Shown here: positions 33,574 to 43,694 of the stretch, piece after piece
Numbering within the stretch: position 1 is the stretch's first letter
Layout of the letters: every line of letters starts with the position of its first letter
Assembly (NCBI GenBank): GCA_011109175.1
Contig: RDEW01000007.1
Span: 91,424 to 155,423 of the forward strand
DNA length: 64,000 bases
Source: Dicyema japonicum
Taxonomy: Eukaryota; Animalia; Dicyemida
Direction of reading: 5' to 3'
The notes under the pieces: generated by a model
What the model saw: only the letters and a program-made list of their open reading frames with translations
The model's database searches: none
What the model was told of the DNA's origin: nothing
Program-made: the position numbers and the translations under genes

Positions 33574-35811
33574 GTCTGAAGTAAAAGTGGAACAGATGGA
33601 TTTGGTTGCAGAAATCGTAAGTCGATTGGCAACAATCCAATCGTGGAGAGTGTTCAATTTTGTCTGAGTTTTAAGGGATGCGACTTGCGTCGAGCGGTTC
33701 CGTATTGCAATGACTACATCGTCTGCGTAGGATAATAGCAGGGAATCTTCGTCTCCATCATTAGGTAGGTCGTGTAGGAAAAGGTTGAATAGAATTGGTG
33801 AAAGTAGAGACCCCTGGGGTACCCCGTTCGGTAGTAATCGTGATCTAGATCTGAGACTACCACTAACTACTCTTCCACGTCTTCCAGACAAAAAGTTGGC
33901 CAGCCATAATTTCACATTCGGACGAATATTAATAGAAAATATTTTTCCAACAAAGATTTTCCTCGAAACAGTGTCAAAGGCTTTGTTGATGTCAATAGAA
34001 ACCAAGATTGTGCGTTTGTGAGGCGGGGATGGGTGTTAAAACTGTCGGCAATGAACTGCGATAGTTGCCAAGTATGTAGCGGTGGACATACCGCGGAGGA
34101 AACCATGTTAAAATATAGGACGGAAGATACGGGATAATGACTGATAATACAAGTTTCTCCATAATTTTTGACAGTGTGCTAACGGAAATAGGCCTGTAGG
34201 ATGCAGGTTCTGTCTCTGGTTTCCCAGCCTTCAATATCGGTCTGATGATAGAATTCTTCCAATTCTTGGAATAATATTATAGTTAATGGACAGTTGTATA
34301 TATGCGTGAGGTAGCCAATTGCGTAGTGGCTTAGGTGTTTTAGGTGAATAGAAGATACTTTGTCAGGCCCGCACGCCCGTGAGCTCTTTAATCTGGTGAT
34401 CACATCCAAGACTTGGTCATCTGTGAATAGTTCGTGGTAAGGTTCCTTCTTCGGTTTATGGGCACGCACCTTAATGTCCAGGTGTTTCGAGAATGGTTTG
34501 AAGCTAATTCCAGCGTAATGTTTCATAAGGATGTTAGGATGTAGGTGGCATAAGTGTTCAGGAGAAGACTTTCCGGTTCCGTCTGCATAATCCAGCTCCG
34601 ACTTGACTTGTTTAAGAGTTTTCCAGAAATGTCGGGATGTACTTTTCCTGTCGAGGTGGTTAACTAGATGCTGCCATCTCTTGTCCTTGTGTTCTTTTAT
34701 GCTCTGACAGATCTTTTATTTAGTTGTCTGAGGGCTGTCAAAGACTTCATGTCCAACAGATGTCATCTCTTCAGCCGGTCTCTTTGTTTTATAAGACTTA
34801 TTGTATAAGAGCTGAGGGTAGGAATAAACTTCTTGTATGACGATATAGGAATAAAAACATGGACAACTTTCTGAATGGCAGCGCTGATAATTTCTGCGGC
34901 CTCATCAATAGAGCGTATTGGGAGGATAATCTCCTGGCCAAGAATTTATCCACAAGGTTGCTGAAACCAGACCAGTCAACCTTAGAACCTGTATCGTCGA
35001 AGACCTCTCAGTTTTAGAAGGATTGGATTGTGGTCACTGGAGAAGCCGTAAAAGACGTTCCAGGAAATGAGTTCAGCCAGAGAAGGTGAGCATAGTGTTA
35101 AGTCGGGGGATGTGCAGCTAACAGTCATCCTTAATGGGGCCCTCGTATGTGAGTTAGGGTTGTTCAGTATAATCAGGTCAGGAAGATAATTTGCAATGAG
35201 TTCTCCTCGGTTATCAGAGGATTGGGAAGTGAGCCAAACTAGATGTCGTGCATTAAGATCCTTACATAACAGTAGATTTTTCAATGTTGAAATGCGTGAT
35301 AAATCAGGGGTGTAAGATGACGGACACGATCCTTGTGGAGGAATATATAAATTAGCCAAATGGATCCAAAAGGACGGGAATAACTCGATTTTGACAGTAA
35401 TCTGCTCGAAAGTCTTGTCGGAGCCAAGAAGCTCTGAGGTTCGTTGAGTTGTATCCATAAAAGGAATATCGTTCTTTATAATAGTAAGTAGTCCTCCGCC
35501 GCGTCCTCGCTGACGATCTTTACGGATCACTGTGTATCCGGGAAAAAAGGGTGTTGGTATGGAGGGAGAAAGCTTGGACTCCTGTATTAAAGCGAGGTCA
35601 GCCTCATTTTCGAGGAGGAGTGCCCGGAGTTCAAAGATTTTCTTCCTGATCCCATTCGTATTCAGTTGTATAATTGTAAAACCTCTCCATGGACCAGGAT
35701 TGGTTTCGACGTCTCCACATAGAAGAATCAAAAGTCTGGATAAATGGGGACACCAGACAAGGTCGAAGACACAAAGGATGAAAGGACCACCGGACGGTGG
35801 GGAGAAGCTGT

Positions 35812-35875
35812 TGGCTCTTTTCGTTCCTTTTTGGAATGGGTGACACCATTTCTGGTGAGCCACATGACACCACGC
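35812..35875 (-). ncRNA. Candidate HDV-like ribozyme leader (family A copy 1)
   Basis: GCGUGGU-GUCAUG-UGGCUC-ACC-AGAAAU-GGU-GUCACCC-AUUCCAAAAAGGAA-CGAAAA-GAGCCA, giving the order P1, P2, P3, P3', P1', P4, J4/2, P2'. Confidence 0.55.
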
Positions 35876-36085
35876 TAACAACATATCGTCTAATCGCTAA
35901 CAACATAGCGTAATTTCAGATATTATCAACTGTTCCATTTGTATCACAATTAACACATTCACACACTCCTCATTAATTGGTTTAACTTTTAATTTATAAT
36001 TAAAAATAATTTTATATTCAAATAAATAAATTTATTTTTGTTGTTGTAGCTGCAACTTAATTACCTTCAATGAGAATATCTTTGA

Positions 36086-36471
36086 GTTGTTTTGCCGGTC
36101 CGATTAGCTCAAGATCTCGACTTCCAAAGCCAGGGTAAGAATAAGGAATTTTAAGTAACCAGAATAGTCTACAAAGTTGGGAAAAAACAGTACGTCAAGA
36201 AACTAACGGACAGACACAAATATTTTAAAATGAAAGAGCTTGTGGTGGAATATCAAAATCTGAAATTTTTGTCCTACCCTTTTTTGTCAATGGTTCCCGA
36301 TTCTGTTCATTGTAGGCTGAGGAGGTCAACTTCTTCCAAAAAGGCTTCAACACTGAGGAATTGAGACTCCAGGCTGTGAAGGAAAGTGAAATTCGCAGTA
36401 ATAAGGCTATCAAGGATGTTCTGACTGATAAATATTTTGAATATTTGATTCAGTCTAAACGTTGGGAATAA
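36086..36471 (+). CDS. Small unidentified host gene (3' part) with three tiny introns
   Basis: Removing GT-AG introns of about 21, 24 and 23 nt gives one frame: ...LDFQSQVTRIVYKVGKKQHKYFKMKELVVEYQNLKFLSYPFLSMAEEVNFFQKGFNTEELRLQAVKESEIRSNKAIKDVLTDKYFEYLIQSKRWE*. The start was not found. Confidence 0.55.
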
Positions 36472-36779
36472 TTTGTTTTTTATTAAATGAGTTTTTCTTG
36501 GTGTAGTGTATTTGGGTTTCTTCTGTTGGACATGCGGCTAGAGATGTTGTAAGATTACGGTGTTGTAGTGAAGAGAATTGCTGTGAGGTCTTTGTATAAT
36601 TGGAGAAAATTTTATTCCCTCTTCTAGATTAGTGAGGAGATTTAGTTTTCTTATTATAGCTGGTCTAGTGGATAGAGTGATTTTCTGAATTTTCCATCAA
36701 TATTTGATACTTAGAGACATTACTAACACCGTCCGTATTGGTGCACTTGTGTTCCCCCTAAGCACTTATAATAATAAAA

Positions 36780-38100
36780 ATACATACGACCCTGCCCCAA
36801 TAGAACCCCGGCATTGGGCACCCTTTGTTTTGGGGGCGATTTTTTTAATAAATATTATTTTGAATGATTTCTACATTTTTTGATCAATAGGAAGCCTAAA
36901 TTTAAAATACAGAACTTTTTCAATCGATAATATTAAAATTTATTATTTCATTTTTATAAAATATTTTTAAGCATGCCTGCGAAGCTTAGTCGCCACCTGA
37001 AACAGAAGATTTCCGATTCTTTAATGAAAGAAAATATGTCAAAAGAAAAATTTGTCAATTATACAATATTGGAAAAGGAACTGTCTCACGAATTAAAAAA
37101 AATCGGTAAAGGGGTTTCAAAAACACAAATATGCTCTGATGAACTCTCATCTAAGAAGTTCGAATCAGATATTTACATTCGAATTGATCGATTAGTATTC
37201 GAAATCTTTAAAAATTTAGAGAGGATGGTATTTCAGTTTCAGGATTTCTCAAAACTATTGCAAAAAAATTGCAGCTAATCTTGACTTCAATGATTTCAAA
37301 GCATCAAATGAATGGTTGGATCGATTTAAATGAATCATTGTTCAAAGTAATTTTGGGTGAAAAGAACTCATGTGACAGAAATAAAGTCGAAGATTTTTTA
37401 ACGATTACGACAATTTATTTGATAAATACGAGAAAAACGATTTTTTAACTGCGACGAAACCTCTCTTTTTGATTAAAAAAATTCATATAAATCATTTGTC
37501 TCTTCAAATGATGACTGTTTAGGTAAAACGAAAAGCAAAGAACGAGTTTCAGTTTTTTTTATGCTGCAGTCTTGAAGGTGAGAAATTAAAGCTTCTTGTT
37601 ATCGGGAAATTTAAATCGCCAAGATGCTTAAAAATATACAAACTGAGGGGTATATTTTATTGGGTTATTTTTAGATTTTGTACACAGCGTCAAAAATGCT
37701 TGGATGACGACAGATATTTTTGATAATTGGTTACAAAAAATAAACTTTGAAATGGTCCAAAAGAACAGAAAATTTTTGATTCCTATGGATAATGAGCCAC
37801 AAATTTCAAGAATATTCAAACATATCATTTCTTAAATTTCCTAAAAATACAACAGCACTTCTTCAACCTTTAGATATGGGGATCATAAACTCATTCAAGA
37901 CATACTATAACAACGTTCTTTATGAAATGATGTGTCTTGACGATGTTAAGGAATACTATTCGACCCTATTGAAGATTAATAGACAAATAATTGCATTTGT
38001 AGGAGAAGCTTGGAGTTGAGTAACAACAACGACGATTGTCAATTGTTGTATGAAAATAAACGACATGTGTTCGTGAAATTAATTCAAAAAAAACATCTGA
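36780..38100 (+). mobile_element. Degenerate pogo/Tigger transposon
   Basis: The left end resembles 7917-7975. FKASNEWLDRF, FFNCDETSLF, ASKNAWMT, TTALLQPLDMGIINSFK. Confidence 0.8.
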
Positions 38101-38479
38101 ATTGATTGATACACATGTTTCAGGGTTAATCCAAAGCAAAATTCGAGAGGATTTTTCGTGGTGGATGGCAATTGATTGCCGACATTTAATGAGAGGTTGT
38201 CAACAGCAGAATATTTCATGTCAAGAAATTACTTAAGAAAGATTCCTAAATAGTGTTGAATTTGGGAAGTTTCCTTCAAAGGAGATTGTCACAAAAGAAT
38301 TTTTTATATATGGAAAGTGTGTGAAGGAGTTAAATCAAAATTGTTCGCCTGTTTCCACCGGATGCTAGGGTACCCGGAAAATCCCTTTCAGGCTGTTCAA
38401 AACGAATATGCTTACTCCACATGTGGTTTGACACCTGAGTAACCCATTTAATTCCTAAAAATAACTTTTGGATCACCAG

Positions 38480-40200
38480 ATGATTTGCGTCCATTCAAGT
38501 GAATGCCTATTTTATATAAATTAGTAAATATGTTAATTCCAAACTTACTGATTAACTGGAAGCATCCAATCTCTTCTCTGACAATCCGATGGGAGCCAAG
38601 AGGTGTCAAGGAGAGCAAGATCAATCAGTGTATAATGAATATGGGAATCATTATTTGAAACTTGGATCGACGTTAAGAAAACACATTATTCAGTCGATTT
38701 TATAATGTATTGGAATGTTCGGGGCTTCCAAATTGGATAAGAAATTTTGTGGAGTCTAACTACCAAGAGAAGAGTAATCCTAAACTTAAACAAGGAGAGG
38801 AATGTGACAGTAGAATTGTAGCGTGGAATACTGCAATGAGACTGTCTCCCACTTTTTGTTTTAGTAATGGATCCGTTGAGCAAAAACCTAAACAAGTTTC
38901 CAAAATTATCTACTTGTCAACCCGTCAGAGGTAACGTATTCAACAAACCACTTATTATTTATCGATGGAGATACTTGCTGAGAAAGTAGATACGATGGTC
39001 AGAATGATGGAAGAGATGATGATTATATCTATGTTGTTTGGTTAAAAAGTTATGAAAAGTCGGAAACCAATCTTGAATGAAGTGAAATGTCTGGATGGAC
39101 ACGAAAGATATCGGTACCTCGGTGTTTTATAGGGCAAAGAATGAAACATTACTGAAAATGTGAGAAAGAGGATTATAAACTTTGTGCATACAAAGCTCAA
39201 TATTTTGAATTTGTTTACAGTCATAAATGAATTGTCTTTCTATAAATACTATTTTAATATTAAACCAAAGGAGTTTGAAAATATGTGGATATTGTCAGAG
39301 AATACAATTTAAATGAAGCCCCCCAAACAATGAGATATATTAGTCGAACTAAATTGGGGAAGGGCTTACTTTGATTGTCCATAAGAGTAAGTGTATGCTG
39401 TATCCGAGAAAGGATGAGGATTTTAATGGAACGCATCGGGATCACGTGATAGTATCAGTTTCTGGTTGATATGGAAGGAAAATAGGATATTTCGATAAGA
39501 AAAGTTAATATGAAGACTTTCAAAGAAAGTCTCGATTGATTCCATTTCGAAAAAGCCGCTTCACTTTATGCTGTTTAACATTTACAAAGATAGAAACGTT
39601 GATCTGGCCGGATCTTCGGAGAGGTTAACCAGTAGAAATAATGGCCCGTGATCGGAGGGCATGTATTGTTTGCTTCATGACAGGAACTTGTTTTTTGATA
39701 CCAATGATTCAGTTTGTAGTAATCAGTGATCATTAGTGAATATGCTCAATAGTGAATATGTGTGAGGCATAACAAAGTTGTCAAATGCATTTATGTATAA
39801 TGTATGACATCAAGAAATCTAAACATCTAAAAACACGCCCAGTGCGATAATTGTTACGATGCAGAGGGTGGCAATCCGAGTGGACATTTCATCATGACTG
39901 AAACTGAAGTGCAGCACATGTTCGTGTATGACAAAATGAATAATGAGATTGCGATTATACAAGTTGGAATCACCTCACAAGAAGCACTCAAGCATACAGA
40001 AATGGAAAAGCTATTACCTGGAGAATTGAGCATACTATACGATGTTTCTGTGAGAATTATCCCTGTTGTTTTGAAAATCATTTGACGTCCCATACATATA
40101 TTCAATCGGTGGTGTTAAAGAATACACTAGAAAGTATGATTGTCGAACACAAACATGGAGTCAAGACATCAACTGAAGAAATCCTTTACGCATCGAGCCG
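38480..40200 (+). mobile_element. Degenerate R4/NeSL-like RLE retrotransposon
   Basis: MGAKRCQG, RLSPTFCF, YRYLGVL, and VYDK..IAIIQVGITSQEAL...EK..IIP (RLE). Confidence 0.7.
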
Positions 40201-40419
40201 ACTGGAAGAGCGGGCAACTCATTAAATTGTTGAGCGGCAAACCCGCAGTCCGAGGAGCAAGTCAGGTGGATGGTAGTTTGATTAAATTTTGTTCAAATTA
40301 ACAACAAATAAAATAAGCCTAAAATGTATTAATTTATCAAAATATTAATTTCCTGTTAACTAAATTTAATTAAATAAACGTCAGAAATAAATTAACTAAT
40401 GTATGGACTCCTTCTATGT

Positions 40420-41560
40420 TATACTCCTTAGCACTTTCTCCTTCTCTTATGGCCCAACTCGACCAATAACACAGAGTCATCCTGAATAACATCTAAAGTA
40501 TTCGTTGTCCTAATTTGTCCATTTTGTTCCTCTCTAAGGTGGCATAGTTGGCTCGTTAGTCTTTCTCTAACAGTAACCTCTATCAATCCTTCTTTAAGAG
40601 TAAGTCCATATTTGTGTTCTACTCGCATGCTCTCCAAGGTCTTTATCACTTTATATTGGATGTACGCTCTTATAGGACTCTCTTCCACATTAAGGGAAGC
40701 ATGGAGATGTTTATAAAACCTTGATACAATTCTATCTCAAGTAAGCACTATTAACACAATGTTAACCTTAGCATTATGTATTAGTCCCAATTCGCCTGCA
40801 AGCATATTTGTGCAATTTTTCCACTTGGACTTGCTTTAGTGCCTGCTGGGAAGTGATCCTAATCCCAATAAGTTAATCATTTCCTTTAGTTTATCGATAA
40901 CAAATATATTAGGCTTGTTATGCTCAAAATTTGTCTCGGTATTAGTTGTGGTCTCCACACGAATTTCAACATTGGCGACTATTGATTGCACAGAGTGTGT
41001 TTTGAGCCTCTTCGAGTGTTTTACCCCATATTATAGACATCTCACTACTTCATGTGTCGGTAAAGATAGTCACTGTTCAGCATTCGACCAAACCTTGTAG
41101 CCGAATAATCAAGTAGTGCTACAGTGACCACAATTAGAGGCTATACTATTGAAAAATAAATTACGATCTTGAGTGAGGCACAACATTCGGATTTGGGTGA
41201 ATTGTTTCCATGCAAAAGCCAACGGGAAGATTCTGTTATATCAACATTGTTATCATCAAGACAATTGAAAGTATTCCATGCAATGGTTTTGCACGTATTT
41301 GTTTCACATTTTTTCTGTAGTTCATTCAATATGTCCATTTTGAAAATATCGGGTTTTTGAGTTTTATATTTTCGGTTGAGGAATTCTATGATTGTGGCCA
41401 TATGAGTTTTCTTTGAGTTGATGGCCCGTAGAATTCCTGCCTTCTTCAGACAATAGCATGATTTCATTTCAACATCCCATAGCAATTGGAGCAGCATTTA
41501 CAAGGATTTTGCGTAGTTTAAATTCAATTCGATATCAATTAATCCGATTTAATAGTTGTA
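40420..41560 (-). mobile_element. 3' half of a second R4/NeSL-like RLE retrotransposon
   Basis: VDITESSRWLLHGNNSPKSE, a CxxC/H zinc region, EL.IIP, and AYIQYKVIKTLES. Confidence 0.75.
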
Positions 41561-41599
41561 GAGAGATAAAGCATGCTCATTCATGGACATTGAACTGGG

Positions 41600-42810
41600 T
41601 TTCCAGAATTTAATTTTGTCACTGCCAAGTTGTTAATTCTATTCTCAACTCCATCAAAAATCGTTCGATTCACTGAGGAAAGATCAAATTTTCGAAACTA
41701 CAAGCAAACGAGCCCAAGGAACTTACTCCACTTGTCTACCTCGCTAACGGAACCAATTCTTCACTGGTTTTCGGAGACAAGATTATCTGTTCGGAGACTG
41801 GACTCCAACAAGGGGACCCACTTGGTCCACTTCTCTTCGCTCTGGCCATCGATGAAATTGTCCGCTCTATCAACACACAACTAAACCTCTGGTATCTTGA
41901 TGACGCCACGATTGGAAAGCAGTGGAGAAAAGTTCATGACGTTCTATCACATGCCGTGCCGGCACTACGAAATCTCTGACTTGAGATAAATATCGAGCTA
42001 ATAAATATTACATACTCGGAGAGTGATGCTCATACAGCGTTCTTCCTCTTGAAGAATAGCATCGGCTTGCCCAAACTCCTAAACGCTCTCTGATGTTCTC
42101 CCTGCTTCAAACATCGTGACATCCTCCTGTCACTGGATAGGACATTGAAAAAATCAGCTGAATTGCTTCTAAACATCCACTTTGACGTGCCGATTTCGGA
42201 ATCAATGCAAGCTTCCTCGGAGGTACGGGTCTCAGGTCGGCGCTGGAGATCGCCTTTCCAGCATATGCGTCATCGCTCTCAAGTGGAAGTCTTTTGGTCC
42301 AAGATATCCAACGTTTTCCAACCGGACTTTCTTGGGATAAAGTCTTCGACGAAGCTCGTCGCGAATGTTGTGAAACTGGTTTGGATACGCCGAACGATCC
42401 TTCGAGGCAACTGGGATGAGATCTACTCCAAGAATATCTTCGACGTGCTAAAGTCTGAGGCCAACCAGCATCGTCTTGCATGCCTCGTGTCCGCCGCGTT
42501 GTGGAGGGATCGTCGATGCCAAAGGGCTGTATCCGCTCTCGTGCAAAAGGAGTTCGGGCAGAGCACCCCGTCATGCTGCTATAAACAACATTGTCATGCG
42601 TGCTCTTAAAGCTGCAGGCTTCCCGGCAGTACTGGAGCCCGTGGGATTGGATCGCGGAGACGGGAAAAGACCGGATGGGTTAACTATCTTTCCGTTCACT
42701 GAGGGACTGCACTGTTGTGGATTCTTTCTCGAAATCGATGATACTCAGCTCGGCGCAGTCTGCTGGTTTGGCAGCGGATCTGGCCGAGAAAATCTTGATT
42801 AGTTGAGAGT
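41600..42810 (+). mobile_element. Degenerate CRE-like retrotransposon
   Basis: [69 protein letters not shown]. Confidence 0.85.
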
Positions 42811-43194
42811 AACCATGATTATCTGAAATATTAAGACAAATTTTTAATTTATAATAAATTAACCACAAAGTTTTATTTAGACAATTTAATTCGATTAATC
42901 TCATTTGAGAAGAAATCAATATATTCCAAAACTGAGAAATAAGCCCTCTGCAGATCTTCAATCTCGGACTTCATCTTTCCAGACCTCTCGTAGAGAAACT
43001 TCTGACATCTCACTTTATTCCTGTATTTCTGTGCGGCCAATCTGTTCTGTTCTTTCCGGCGGGCGGGCGATCTTGTCAGACTTTAAAACTTTCATTCTTC
43101 AGAGTCAGGAACAGCACGTGCATGACACAGCGGTAGGGAGAGACACACTTCAGGGGAACTTTCCAAAAAGTCTATGTCCTCAAAATCCAGTATT

Positions 43195-43560
43195 ATTATT
43201 ATCAATAAGCACTTTCACAGAACCAAAGAACGTTATATTAACTAAGGTCCGTTTGTGTCACACGTTTCACAATCTGCTTCACTAGGCGTCTCCATCGCTT
43301 TCTGCTTTGCGCATCTGTCTGTTAGATCTTCTAGGTCTTCTGTAGATTTAAGATTTCTTCGAAGGTCCAGTGAAATCTCATTTTTGAAAAAGATTAAGGA
43401 AGTTGTCGTACACCTCCAAGTAATAATTGTAATTATCCTTGTGTAGAAAAAAACGTGGATGGAAAGAATGAATATCTTCTTCAAGTGAATAGTCATCGAG
43501 TGACTTATAAGAGAATGGATCAAAGAACTCCGAGTCATTCTAAGGTAAGTCTTCTTGAGT
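43195..43560 (-). mobile_element. RTE-like LINE 3' fragment
   Basis: LKSTEDLEDL..R..W..LVK. The 3' UTR is similar to 50295-50470. Confidence 0.75.
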
Positions 43561-43694
43561 AAAATTGTTTATGTTCATATTCAAAAAAGTTAAAAACATT
43601 TTGAAAAGGTAGAGTCTGTTAAAAAATTCGTAAACTAAACACACATGACTGAACAGTAACTTAAGCGTCTAACTGAAAATGTGAAAATTTTATT

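Larger units (their letters stand above)
31966..35909 (-). mobile_element. Full-length Ingi-like LINE family A, copy 1 (about 3 kb net), with a nested hAT
   Basis: Exact 12-bp TSD gtaatttcagat (31954-31965, 35910-35921). Contains leader, 2A, APE (IQLNTNG, IQESKL, GGGLL, SDH), RT (FQHGF, DINKAFDTV, GVPQGS.LSP, YADD), a GIT* end and a (TAAA)n tail. Confidence 0.95.
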
